From NCBI RefSeq assembly GCF_004010195.1, contig NC_057753.1, positions 1,370,760 to 1,430,313 on the forward strand: a DNA stretch of 59,554 nt. Direction: 5' to 3'. The notes beneath the pieces were generated by a model that was not told the origin of the DNA, searched no databases, and saw only the letters and a program-made list of their open reading frames with translations. Shown in pieces: positions 1 through 12,339 of the stretch (position 1 is its first letter; every line of letters starts with the position of its first letter). The DNA comes from Chiloscyllium plagiosum (taxonomy: Eukaryota). The position numbers and the translations under genes were made by a program.

Positions 1-149
1 AGATCTGAAAATTAATGATTATTGAATCATCAAATTATGATATGAAGCTCACCAGAGAGCTTAAATTTCTGTAAGTAATATACAAAGTGAACATCGGTCA
101 TGCAGAAAGTGAATATGGACAAATCGTGTTGTAAAACATAGGAGACAGA

Positions 150-970
150 AAATGAATAGAACAATTATTTTGCATCAGTTTTCACGATACGGGATATAAC
201 CAGAAACAGCAATGAATCATCAACTGAATGGAAAGACAAAAGCAGGGAAATGAAATGCAACAGAGAAAGGGTACTGAGTAAATAGCTGCAGCTTCGGGCT
301 GACACCTGCCAATCCCCTCATGGCATCATCCCTGCTTCTGAGCAGAAATTATGGATAACAGCTTAGAAGATCAAAGCGAATCTGATAGACGGAAGTCGTT
401 TAGATTAAAAGCAACAGATAGAAGTCATTATCATTTTTTTTTAGCTGTTAAGCAAAAGAGGAGTCGATATGCTTTGAATTGGTGGTTGTTTCGGTGAGGC
501 AAGTTACTTTTTGAGCTCAACGTTAGAGCTTGCCAGTACTCTACAAAGTATCAAATGAAATTCCAATACGTCTTTTTAAATCAGTACAAAATGGTGCAAA
601 GTATAAATCTCAACACTTTTTCACAGTTCAGCGTTCGACTCCAGCCACGAGTTTGCATACTGTGATTTCAAAGCTTGTACCAGAGATTCTCTAGAACATT
701 GACTGGCATGTGGAAACAAGTACATGAGGAATACTTGAAAACTGAGTTTTCTTTGATCAAAGAACTGTAATTATTGACTCACATAATACGTGTTTAAAAT
801 TATGAAGAGGTGGGAAGCTTTCCCATCGAGACAGATAGCTTCGACAGGTTGCTGAATCTGGAAACAAGAGCCATGCATTCAAGTTTAAATGTAAAATCGT
901 TCGTGGAGGGGCAGAAGGCACATTTTGCTAGGCAGGATTGTGATGCTGTGGAATCTTTTCCCAGGATTGT
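150..970 (+). mobile_element. Very decayed CR1 LINE ORF2/3' fragments
   Basis: NYFASVFT-like codons at ~162-190; TRGH-like 3' segment at ~860-960; many stops and indels. Confidence 0.5.
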
Positions 971-1254
971 AGTTTAATATCGTGAAATTTCATCCGAAGA
1001 GTAACGATTAAAACTTATGACGTGAAGTCTTAATTTTGTTTTGCTCTACTCAGTTCCTGCTAACGTTGTTGAGCACTTCCAGAGTATTCTAATTGGCCAT
1101 TTTTAATGGCAAATTTTCAACAGCCACGCATGCTGTTTGTCTTGTGGAGATGGGGTGGAGGAACAGGGGAGTTCTTGACGCTGCTTGGCTGAAATTGGGT
1201 AACATATAATGCCTTCACGATTATATTATATTCATGTCTTCACGTGAACAAGTA

Positions 1255-1965
1255 ATAAGAGTAGGACGCTCTGCGTTACTAGCCTTACTCCACCATCCTC
1301 TAATAGTATGGCTGATCTAATTTTAATCTTAACTCTACATGCCTCCATACCGAATGATCCCCCATCCTCTTGCAATCAAGAATTCATTACCTTTTCCTTA
1401 CAAATACTTAGAAATAATCAGCGTCCTCTGCCATTGTAGAAGAGAAATTGAAGGATGCACAGGTGTCTTAGTAATTATTTCCCCTTCATTTCTGTCTTAA
1501 ATGGGGCAGCCCCTGTGTTAAAACGATGACTCCTTCTTTCTAGAATCTCTCACAAGAGGAAATAACCGTTTGACATCGACCCAATCAATTTCCCTCAGCA
1601 CTTTATATGTTTAACTTACGTTACCTCTGACTCTCCTTAATTCCAGAAGGTACAGACCTGGCATTTTCATAAGGCAATGATCTCTTCCTTTATATTATCA
1701 TTCTCCATAAATACAGTTACAAGAACACTGCATATCAGATTTGATCTGACCAATGCCCGGCATAACTGAAACATAACCTCGCGACTGTTGCAGTAAATTC
1801 CCATCACAATGAATCATAACATTCCGTTAACTTTCGTGATTAGTCTCTGTAACTAGGCATCAACGTTCTGTGGTTTATCATAATTGTGAGAAAGTACAGA
1901 GCTATGACAGCCAGATCTCTCTGCACGTCAGAACTCTGTACTTTCTCACAATTATGATAATATGC
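1255..1965 (-). mobile_element. Decayed CR1 LINE 3' end
   Basis: Resembles the reverse complement of the younger CR1 3' ends elsewhere in the window. Confidence 0.5.
1875..1960. repeat. Perfect 27-bp inverted repeat with 32-nt spacer (hairpin)
   Basis: ttatcataattgtgagaaagtacagag (1875-1901) is the exact reverse complement of ctctgtactttctcacaattatgataa (1934-1960). Confidence 0.95.
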
Positions 1966-3099
1966 TTTATTATTAATTAAGTAGTCCTAAGTTTTATTTT
2001 GGAACGTAATGTTTCATGGTATGGTATTAGCTTATTATTAGTTGAGTTTCTCTTCAATAATGACTTATGAATTAAGTATAGTTTGAAAACCAACATTTCA
2101 GCCAATTTGATCTCATTGGTGGTTTCCAGTTTTTCAAGAGAATATTTTGAAACCACTCAAGGAATTTTGAGACATGTTGACTTTCTCCTTTCATATTGTC
2201 TCGTATTTGAATAATTCTGATCTTTTCATATCATTATCAAGTTAGTTTATACTGCATTTGAATGAACATTCACCAGGCGTTAGGCTTTTACATAACGAAT
2301 TCATCCTACTAACTGTATGCCCGACTATGTAGACAAAAAGTCTTTGTGCAATGTTTTAAACATAAACAAGTGGAACGGAACTCAGAAATTCTTACTGTGT
2401 GGGACAAAATAAACTGATTATATACTTTTCGAAATTTGGAAGAATGCAAGGTGTTCGAATTGAAATGCTTAGAATATTCAGAGATTTTGTTACTGTACTT
2501 TTTGCCTATCTTGAATGTCCTTATACAGCTTTCATTTCATTATTTTTAGATGTCAACCAGTTCCATCCGTGCGCAGGGGATGTGTTTAGCACAAAGTATC
2601 CTTTAATCATTGTAATTCGATGCAAACAGCTCAATATCGTCAACTGAGTGTGTACAAAACTGAGATTGATCGTTTTGGGGGAACTGAACGAATAGGTAGA
2701 GTTCGTCCTTTTTTAAAATCTGATTTCCACAAGAAAGCATCTTAAATTTCCATTGATCTGGCACTCAAGCACACTGAGGTTCTAAGAGATTTATGGACTG
2801 AAATTTCTCACAACTGCAGTTAAATCATCCAAATGACACCACTGATGCCAAATCCATTCGAACAGGAATGAAACCGAAACATCGTCGAAAGAGGCAGTCT
2901 CGGGCTCTTCAAATCTGATCAGAGGTCACATTTTTAAAAATCTGGTCGCAACCAAGACAATTTTCAGTAAATAATGGCATTTGGTTGAAGAAGTCTATCA
3001 GAAATGTAGTCATTGCAAACAGTTACACAGCCGTGTGTAGTTGTTCTGCAGAAAACGTTTGCAGCACATTCACGCTGTTTTAATCGTGCTGGCTTGTTA

Positions 3100-4050
3100 T
3101 CACTGTAGATACAGTCCACTCCTCTGCACTCTTCCAAGCACCCTCTAAATGTTATCTCTTCTGATAGTGAGCATTGAAAACTATGAGTTTCTCCCTGTCG
3201 ATTAAATCCGAAGCATAGATTATTTTAGAAGACTTGCATTGAACCCCTTAACTTGCTTCAGCGGAATAGCACAACTACATCAATCTGCCTTCTTCAGCCA
3301 ATTAGTTTATCCCAGGAATCATTTTCATGCATTCCCTCCAACGTTCTCACGTCCATCTGAAGCTGTGGTAGCCAGACCTGGACATGATCCTTCTGTCAAA
3401 TGAAAGTCAAGTTTTGTAAACTTTTCAGACAGCTTAGTTGTTTTTTATATGTGCTTTTTTTAAGTGGGCTTATTATCACTTAAAATATTTGTGCACAATA
3501 TCCCCGATCTCATGAGACCTGCATCCCCTTTACTACTGTATCAATTAGTTTATGTTAACTCTGCTCGTTCCTGTAACCAAAATGTATCAATTGACATTTT
3601 GCTACCTTACATTTCATCTACTACGTGCCCACCTACTTCATAAGCCTTGCTATGTCGTCTTGAAGGCACTATTCTCCTCATAGCTCACAATAATTCCAAC
3701 TTGCACTTCATTTGCAAGGATTGTCATCATGTAATTCAGATCTAGGTGTTTGATATCATTCATTTTAAAAGTGCTATGAATATAGGCTATATGGAATCAA
3801 GTTCAGCCATTTTGTTTCTTGTCTTAACAAACAACTATTCATGTCTATTTTGTTTCCCATCACTTAGTCAATTTTGTATCAACAGCCACAAACCCATTTA
3901 TTCTGGGAACTATAACTCAGCCCACTACACTTTCATAATAAACATCTTTTGCAAGTCAATACCTACTATACCAATCGTAAACCCGTCGCAAATATTTTTT
4001 GTTGCCTCCTAAGTAATTTCAAAATATATTTGAGCATTTCTTCTGATTCA
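3100..4050 (-). mobile_element. Very decayed CR1-like LINE fragments
   Basis: Patchy similarity to the minus-strand CR1 copies at 6488-7735 and 20134-21085. Confidence 0.4.
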
Positions 4051-4234
4051 ACGCCAGGGTTCATGCACTTACCTTCCTGAACATTTGCAAAAGCTCTCTA
4101 TGCAATGAATACGTTTCCACGGACGGCCACTGTACACCTAACTATCGTATGTGCGCCAAGTCTTCTAATGCAGATGTTACGAGCTGGCTGACCCCAAGAA
4201 ACTACGTGGTACTGCTGAATCAGATGTCAAATTG

Positions 4235-5135
4235 ATGCCTAAATTCAACGAGGATCTTAAATGCAGCTGAGAGCTTTTGCGCTAATTCACTGTGAAAGAG
4301 GGATTTTAGGTTTTTGTACTCGGAGGTCTGGTGTTCATTCTCGCCGCCATTGGCTCGGGTGTATTAGGCAATACTCAGATCACATATCTGAAGAGTTGGT
4401 TTGTGGCATCCAGAGCTAGAAAACACAGAAGATATCTCTTGGAGTTATGATTACAGGTCAGCAGTAATGTGTATCAAGGAAACCAATAACGTCAATCATG
4501 CAAGATGCAAGGTGCAGTAAATACTTAAGAAATTTTTTTAAAAAGTATATTTGTAAATGCCTGCAAATTCCGGTTTCTGCAGTGGTTTCTAAGAAATTCT
4601 ACATCAAATACTTGAACATTGGATTTATATCTCCGGGGCCTGTGGGATTTGTGGCTCATTGGATGGAAGGCGAGTACAAAAGATTTGGTGGCCTCTTCGA
4701 CACATGACACAGTTTGATTTTCTATATGAGTCATCAGTAGAAATTGGAAAGTGGGAGTTCGCTGAAAGAGTAATGTTACCAAACTGTTACTATGGAGAAA
4801 TCTGCTTCCCGGTTTAACAAATGTGTGGGACTCCCGAGGAATGGGCATCAGATTTCTGCTTATTACAAGTGTTTTCAATGAAGAAATAAAGAGACATTCG
4901 TCCAGGTTCAGGTAAAACGTTGTATCAAATTGAACTCTAAATCATGGTAGAATAGAAAATTTCAATACTTCCTACACTCCAACAGTGGTCACATCGCGGC
5001 CGCAAACAATAGTAGGGAGAGAAAATAGCAAAAGCCTAAACGAACATCTGAAACTTGAGAATGAATACAAAACATACATATTCAGTGTTTAAGCATTCTG
5101 AATGGAGATCGTACCTTACAATAATTTAATGGTGC
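4235..5135 (+). pseudogene. Eroded class A GPCR pseudogene, proton-sensing receptor-like (GPR65/GPR4/GPR68/GPR132 group)
   Basis: Manual translation: TM1-like VFVLGGLVFILAAIGSGVLGN; ICK..IGFIS-x6-VAH (TM3 spacing, DRY lost); TGA at the TM4 Trp position; ECL2 CYQTVTMEKSASRFN; ICL3 RNKET..KRCIKL; TM7-like LSILNGDRTLQ; several stops and frameshifts. Confidence 0.5.
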
Positions 5136-5194
5136 ATTTATTGTTTAAAGGTGCTTGGTTACGGATATGCATTGAATGGGTGGTAACATGGCTT

Positions 5195-5940
5195 GAGAGA
5201 GTCATAGAATCTGAGAGCAAGGAGACAAGTCTGTTGGTCTTCTTAATCGTATGCACTTCTCTAAGTTCCGTTTTTAGTCTCATATGGTCTAATGATAACA
5301 AAAGTCCTAGTATGTGCAATATCTCCCTCTAAATCAGACCGCCGAATCGTGGTAACAGCCTTGTAAATTTGCTCTGCACTTTTTCCAGTTTGTTCATATT
5401 CTTCCTATGGCAAGATGGCCCAAACTGAACTCAGAACTTCAAATGGCGGCTCAACTACGTTTTGCATAACTGCATAACTGCATAACTTCCCAAGTTCTAT
5501 TCTGAATTTCCTGACTTCTGAAGGCCGTGCACCTGAACTCCTGAGCTCCAAGTTCATCCTGTTACATGGCACTCGTTAAGACCCTATCATTCACCATGAA
5601 ACTCCTACATTGACTTGACTTTCCAAAATGCAAAATCTCACAGTTATCTATATTAATTTGCATTTTCAATTTATTGCCCAACCTCCTCAGCTGCTCAAGA
5701 CCTTGATGTAATTTCTGAAAACCTTCCCCACTGTCGAAAATATGTCATAGTTATCGTCATCTGGAAACTTACTAATTATGTCTTGTATATACTCGACTAA
5801 ACAAACAGTGATGGGCCCAGCGACACTGCACTCGCCACAGGCCTCCAGTCCACGAATTATCGTTTCAATATCAACCACTACATGCTACCATCAAACCAAT
5901 TGTGTAACCTGACACCAATCTTTCAATTATTAATGCAGTC
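5195..5940 (-). mobile_element. Decayed CR1 LINE RT/3' fragment
   Basis: ORF 5687-5878 has eroded RT motifs (SVAGP; ISKFPDD for SKFADD). Confidence 0.6.
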
Positions 5941-6487
5941 TTTTAGGTTGTCAACCACTAGTCCAGGCGGTTCAACAAAAAAAACCTCATTTTCAACCAC
6001 CTCTATCAGAGAGAATGGAACGTATATCCTCTGTCAGTTTGGATCATTATATATAGGGCATACTTGAATTCATTATTTGCTCCCATTTTTGCTTCACAAT
6101 GTCTTTCATGAATGTTAAATAACAGTCACTCTTCTATTAAAATATTCAATATCTTTTATATCAGAGAGTATGAATGTCTAATCGGTCCCTTTCTCAAGAC
6201 ACATAGTTGGCTCTCTACTTCAGGAAGGTATTGTGCACGGGGTCGCCAATGAACATTTAGAATAAGTGATCCTGTACATTTTCTAAACTGCATTTGTTGC
6301 CTGAAGATCCTTCAAAGCCTCATGTGAGAAAACACCTTGGCATTGAAACATGAACTGCAAATAAATATGGATCTACCAAGGATTTTATCACATATCAATA
6401 CTTAACGTATAGCATTTACTGCTGAAGCCTTTATTGCATGTTACACATGTTCTTCCTCTCTCTCCATCTTTATGTGTCTTTCTCCTT

Positions 6488-7735
6488 GTCATAGAGTCAT
6501 AGAGTTACAGAGTCGTACAGCACGAAGGCAGGCCCTTTTGCTTCAAACTGGTCCATGCCGACCAAAATGTCCACCCACATTATTTCCATTTCCCCGCACT
6601 TAGCCCATATCCTTCTAAACTTTTCCCTGTCCACGTATTTGTCCAATGGCCTTTTAAACTTTGTTAGGAATGTGCTGCCTCAAACACTTCCGCTGGCAGC
6701 TCATTGATACCACCCTCTGTATAAAATAAGGTGCCCCTCAGTTTCGCTTTCATTCTTTCCATTTTAACTTTAGACTGATGCTCTCTAGTCCTTGATTCAC
6801 AAACTCTGAAAAATAAAAGACGGTGCATTCACTCTACTCCATGCCTTTGGTTACCTTATACACGTTTATAAGATACTACCTCTGTCTCTACGCTAAAAAG
6901 AAATAAGTCCTAATTTGTGCAATCTCCCCCAATAACTCAGACTGATGAATCCTGGCACAATCTTGCAATTTTCATCCGCAATCGTTTCAGTTTAATAGCA
7001 TCCTTCCGAGAGCAAGGTGACCACAACTGAACACAAAATCCAAATGCGGCCTGATCAGCGTCCTGTACAACTACAACATAACTTCCCAACTTCCATACTC
7101 TATTCCCTGACTGATGAAGGCAAGGGTGCCACAAGCCTGCTTCCCTGCCCAGTGTACCTGTGATTCAATTTTCAGAGAGCTGTGCCCCTGAACGCCAAGA
7201 TTCTTCTGTTCCTCTACACTATCGAAACCCTAACATTCACCATGAAACACCTACCTTCATTCGGCTTTTCAAAACGCAAGACATTATACTTATCTATTTC
7301 AATCTTCGTATGCCATGCCTCAGCTCACTTCCCCAGCTGACCGATATCCTGCTGCAATTTCTGATAACTTTCCTCACTGTCCATGATATCTCCTATTTTA
7401 GTTTCATGTGCAAGATTGTTAATCGTGCCTTGTACATTCTCATCCAAAGCATTGCCATAAATAATAAACAGGAATGGACCCAACACGGACCCCTGTGGCA
7501 GTCCACTAGTGACAGGCATCTAGTCCAACAAGCATTCTTCCCCTATTACTTTCTGCTTCCTAAACTCAAGTCAGTTGTTTATCCAATTTACCAGCTCCCC
7601 CGGATTTCATGCGATGTAAACTTTCAGAGTACCTACCATGGATCAAAGGTCTTTTTGAAATCCAAATAGATTACGTCTTCTGTTCTGCCTTAGTCAATCC
7701 TCCTGGTCAGTTCTTCAAAGAACTCTAACTAATTA
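6488..7735 (-). mobile_element. CR1 LINE (HER1-like) RT and 3' UTR, 5' truncated
   Basis: ORF 7325-7519 [30 protein letters not shown]; short tandem tail (agtcatag)n at ~6488-6510. Confidence 0.85.
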
Positions 7736-8329
7736 TTGTGCATGTTTTATTTTTTTTCTCATAAGTTTATCTCTCAGCTAACACATCGTGATCTTCTCAA
7801 TTTTATTTCTCTGTACCTACATTTTCAACTGTTTTTATATCTGTAACTATCCAACTGACAGTGAATAAACATAATATTTATCTACCAAGCACAGCAGTAA
7901 ATTAATCAACCATCATATATCTTCATATGTATAGTTTTCTCGTTATCTATGCTTTCTTTAAACCATAATCCATGAATACATATGATAGAATACGAATCTG
8001 TATATCTTGACCATTGGATCTTTCTTTACGTGTATAATGAGTCTTCCCTTTGTAAATTTGGAACCAGTTATTACACATTGTTTATTTTTAAAATACATTT
8101 TTGAGGAAATAACTTCCAATAAATAATCACAGCGGTATGCCTGCCTGGCTATTATTATCTTGTGTTGTATTTAATATGGAAAGGAAGAGCACAATTTTGG
8201 AGCATCTATTCACTTAATTTGAAGCTTTGAATTTCTTGTACAAAGATTCTCAAAGATGAATTGTATATGAATGAAGGGAGTAAACAAATTATTCAGTAAA
8301 TTTGCGAGAAACACAATCTTTCTAGGCTC

Positions 8330-9321
8330 AATATAGAAAAGATGGCGCTGGTATTTTATTCAGCGAACCCAAACCCTGTCGATTTTGAATTGATGGCCAC
8401 TCTTTAACCATGTCACACCATACTGCACCGTGTTTTCCACTGAGCGTTTTGGGACATGAAAAAGTACAGTAAGGAGCTGGAAAGGTCAGGTAGACAAGTG
8501 AGTGTGCAGTCATAATTCTTAACATTGCATAAATGCAACATTGAAAGTGGATATCATAGACACACCAGATCAAATTCTAAAGGTCTGGTATACGATGAGG
8601 AGCAAAACAAAAGAGCAGAAAGACTAAGTTTCCACCAGTTGTCTTTACCAAATTCCTCTTGATCAGCTCCATGGATTCCTTTCCATCTCCACTTCTTAAC
8701 AGTTTCCTTTTTGTTATCGCAGAGCAAACTAACAGGATCAGGATAAGGATAGCAAACAATATAATTTCATAAAACAAATTCAAGAGTTGCTTTCGTCCAA
8801 ACATTAATCGCTCATATCTGCATGAATTGTCATTAGTTATGTCTTTCTTTTTAAATTCAGCAAAAGCAATCAGATTTGCAGTGAACACTGCCAAAAACGT
8901 TACATTACAAAGGATGACATAGTAACAATGCTTTCTGCAGAATCAAATCCTGCAGAATACAACAATGATACATTCGTCAATGGCAATGCAGACCATGAAG
9001 GGTGGCTTAACAAAATATCGATGAAAAGTAAGAGAGTATAGAATTGAAGAGTGGTTTCACATCTTCCAATTCGGGAGAAATCAAACGAAGTATTATATCG
9101 AGGCCAGGATAATCAAAACAGTAGGGATATTTAAAGCAAAAAGGGCAACATTCGTGTTGCATTTTCTTCATTCATATGATATGTCATAGTCCAATTTGGT
9201 TCGCAGCCATACCCAGATGAGCCACAAGGAGAGAAAGAAGGGGAATGCTTTGAGTTCTGTCGATGATTTCAAAGCCTCTGTCAATTGAATGGTCAAGGGT
9301 TCCATTTCCAGAATGATTTAC
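8330..9321 (-). pseudogene. Intronless class A GPCR pseudogene, proton-sensing receptor-like (closest recalled pattern GPR65/GPR4)
   Basis: N-terminus with NHS and NGT sequons; TM1 SLLVAHLGMAANQIGL*; TM2 NVALFALNI; ECL1 PNW; TM3 FMVCIAIDECIIVV; ECL2-TM5 CRYERL..KQLLNLFYEIILFAI; TM6 VFLLFCFAPHRI; TM7 CIYAMLRIMTA, then LLYFFMS after a frameshift; several in-frame stops. Confidence 0.8.
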
Positions 9322-9329
9322 TTACTGCT

Positions 9330-9895
9330 CAGGTCGGGTGGTTTTCAATACTGTGTGCAATTCTGGCCTTCCTCCGACTGGAAAGACGTTTAGAAACTTG
9401 AAAAGGCTCAAAAGGATTTACAAGGATGTTGTTAGTTTGAAGAGATGGAGGGAGAGGGTGAATAGGCTGGAAACATTTTCCCTCGAGATTTTAAGGCTGA
9501 GTGGTGACCATACGGAGGTTTATAAAATCATGAGCAGCATGGATAGGGTAAACAGTCGAGAAAGTTTCCTTGGAGTGGGAGAGTCCAGATCTAGAGGTCA
9601 GAGGTTTGGGTGAGAAGGGAAAGATTTGAAATATACCTACGGAACGACCTTTTCACGCAGAAGATGGTGCGTGCGAAGAATGAGCTATAGAGAAACTAAT
9701 AGCCACATGAAAAAAAATTAAGATGGGTGTAGACTAATTGCCACATGAAAAAAACATTAAGATGGGTGTCTGAATAGAGACTTTTTAGAAGGATATGGGA
9801 CAACTTCTTTCAAATCAGTCTGGATTAATTTAGGATATCTGGCCAGCCTGGACGAGTTAGTCCAAAGGTTCTGTTTGGGTGCTGTACCTGTCTAC
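9330..9895 (+). mobile_element. CR1 LINE 3' fragment inserted at the 5' end of the GPCR pseudogene
   Basis: ORF 9338-9613 FSLE..LSGDHTEVYKIM..GESRSRGQRF; internal ~38-bp tandem duplication at ~9695-9770. Confidence 0.8.
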
Positions 9896-10389
9896 GCCAA
9901 GCTGAGTCGAAGATTGCTGCGGTTCAGCTCTGAAAAGTACCGATTGATACTTAACAAAACAGCAAAGTGCATGCTATGAGATATGACAGAAAATTGAAAG
10001 CTAATTTTCAGATGAAACTGATCCTGCACTTGTAGAGTTACGGTTATGATAATTCTCAGTTACGTCACAAACACAAACACAAACACAAACACACTGAGAC
10101 AGATGGAGCGAAATAGTGCTCTGCATTAAACACAAAATTTGAGATAGTGTTACGATGTCAATGCCCATGATTGCTTTGATGAAGTGGGAGACAGAAGCCT
10201 GTAAACAAATGATTGCGAATAAATTCATTAATGCACTAAATATGTTGCCCACTTTGTTAAAGAACGAAATAGTCAGAATAATTCTTGCACTTCAGATGTT
10301 GATTTTCCTATGAGGATATGTGTGTGTCTATATAGGTATACATATATATGCACACACACACAGACACACAGAATTGAGTTTTTTTTTTT

Positions 10390-11560
10390 ACTGTCGTTCC
10401 CTTTTTGTACAGTGGTATCAGTATTCTATCAACAACACTCAGTCCCATATTATCTAAGAATATATCTGTACTGTCCGTCTCCTTTTCAAAATGCGAGTGC
10501 ATTGCTTCTTGCATGTCAATACTTTTTCCCTGAGGTAGATGCTTGGACACTCTGTTCAATACCAGTGGAACTCCCATTCAAATTACACTGTGAATTCGTC
10601 GATTTAGGCAGTTTACGAATGTCAGTCATCACCATCTTCTCACAGGCAGTTTTGGAGGAGATATAAATTTCGGCCCCATCGTCCAAGAGACTGAAGCAGA
10701 TACAATTAATTCATTATAAATATCCTTTTCTCCTTGTTGAAGGTGGGGATGAGGGATTCTTGGTGGGGTCGAAAGAGGCGGTGGGAAAGGCATGTGATTT
10801 GGGTATGACTGCCTTCTCTCAATCATGGTCTACCAGAAAGGTATTCATTCCCTTCTTAACAATGCATGCTTTTCTGAAGAACCGTCACTGTCTTTCACTC
10901 CTAAATTCTGTGTTCGGTGCATTCATCCAAATTTCGCTCCCCACCCCTGTCTTCTATGCTATTCCCTCCCTTCTGAGAGATGGTATTTCATCATTCAAAT
11001 TCTCTCTCCTCAAAGCATGCTCCCAATCTTTGTCGGCAATAGTTTACAGCATTCTACATTGTAGATGGAATTCGATTGCTGAAATTTCATTCACCATCCA
11101 AACCCTGGAAATCTTTGCGTGTTGTTGCAAAGTAATTGTATCTCCAAGTAGAAAATGTCGATTTGAACACGTTCAGAAATCTATGACTATTTTGCACAGT
11201 CTTCTTGAAAGAGTAGAAAGCACGAAGTCTGAAAATTCAGGTACACCCTAATCGAATGTCCATCATGCACAAGCAACTGCTGGGATTCGCGACTATATAT
11301 ATTGTTCCTAAACTGTAGGTGTTGTACTATCTCAGATGATCCATACCACACTAAATTCGAAATGATGCCCATAAGAGAACTGGAGTTGCATTTACGAGCC
11401 GAAGTAATTACAGCCCAAGTGTAAATAGAGATATGTTATCCTCTCAAGCTTGGAACCATTATTTAAATATATCATCAAGCAGAGGCAACGATTGTCTCTT
11501 CTTTCATCTGAAAAAAAAATTGAGGGAACGAAGGGTACAGTAATCAGTTTGAGTTGTTTC
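10390..11560 (-). pseudogene. Possible eroded CABIT-domain adaptor gene (THEMIS/GAREM-like) with Pro-rich and SAM-like tail
   Basis: Minus frame 11247-11029 reads GVPEFSDFVLSTLSRRLCKIV..RHFLLGDTITLQQHAKISRVW..FHLQCRML*TIADK; then PFPPPLSTPPRIP, DIYNEL and SPPKLPVR (10629-10826); then a SAM-like VSKHL..LDNMGLS..LYKKG (10308-10577); similarity judged by eye only. Confidence 0.3.
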
Positions 11561-11937
11561 AAATAGACTTCGTTTTAGTCCCATTTAGGCAGTTTGCCAA
11601 GATGTTACTTATGGCATTGTTACACGCAATTCCATGCTTCTCCTACGACATTAAATAGCTCTGCCTTTCCTCCCTCCATTACACTGTTAAGGACCCAATC
11701 TCTGTCCTCACCTTGCAGATGAGATGTAAATAGAAAAATGACAATTCAAAAGCGATATCGTGACATTCGTCATTTTCCACACCCCCAACACAACGTGAAA
11801 CCCAACAGATTTAAAGCCATTCGTTGCAGTTAAAAGCTACATGAAGACTTTCTGGTATTCTCACAGGTCTCGGGATCCAAATATGCCGGTAGTATTCCGT
11901 GGATTAGAAATGAAATTTGAAAACTGTAGATGATGAG

Positions 11938-12242
11938 CGGTGAGGTGGCACAGTGGCTAGCACGGCTGCCTCTCAGCGCCAGAGACCCGGGTTCAATTTC
12001 CGCCTCAGGCAACTGTCTGTGTGGAGTTTGCACATTGTCCCTGTGTCTGCGTGTGTTTCCTCCAGGTTCTCCGGTTTCCTCCCACAGTCCAAAAATGTGC
12101 AGGTCAGGTGAATTGGCCATGCTAAATTGCCCGTAGTGTTGGGTAAGTGTAGGGGAATTGGTCTGGGTGAGTTGCTCTTCGGAGGGTCAGTGTGGACTTG
12201 TTGAGCTGAAGGGCCTATTTCCACACTGGAAGTAGTCTAATC
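11938..12242 (+). mobile_element. HE1/V-SINE (tRNA-derived elasmobranch SINE)
   Basis: A-box gtggcacagtgg; B-box gggttcaattt; V-domain tgtgtggagtttgcac; 3' ccacactg..ctaatc. Confidence 0.95.
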
Positions 12243-12339
12243 ATGATATTTTGATTCCAAACTAATTCGCGAGTTAACATTTACTGATTGAATAGATACC
12301 TGGTACAAATTTGTCATTTTTGGAAATCAGTTACCTCGA

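Noticed and set aside
2300..2400. Semaphorin-like NGTQKFLLCGT on the + strand
   Set aside because: A single short motif bounded by stops, with no splice sites or neighbouring exons to support it
10760..11251. 163-aa plus-strand ORF
   Set aside because: No recognisable features; probably the antisense shadow of the minus-strand relic
11180..11400. FGF19/FGF23-like words on the minus strand (NATPVL, GTIYIV..CLCM, EDCAK)
   Set aside because: Scattered over different frames with inconsistent spacing; the CABIT-like reading is more collinear, though also uncertain
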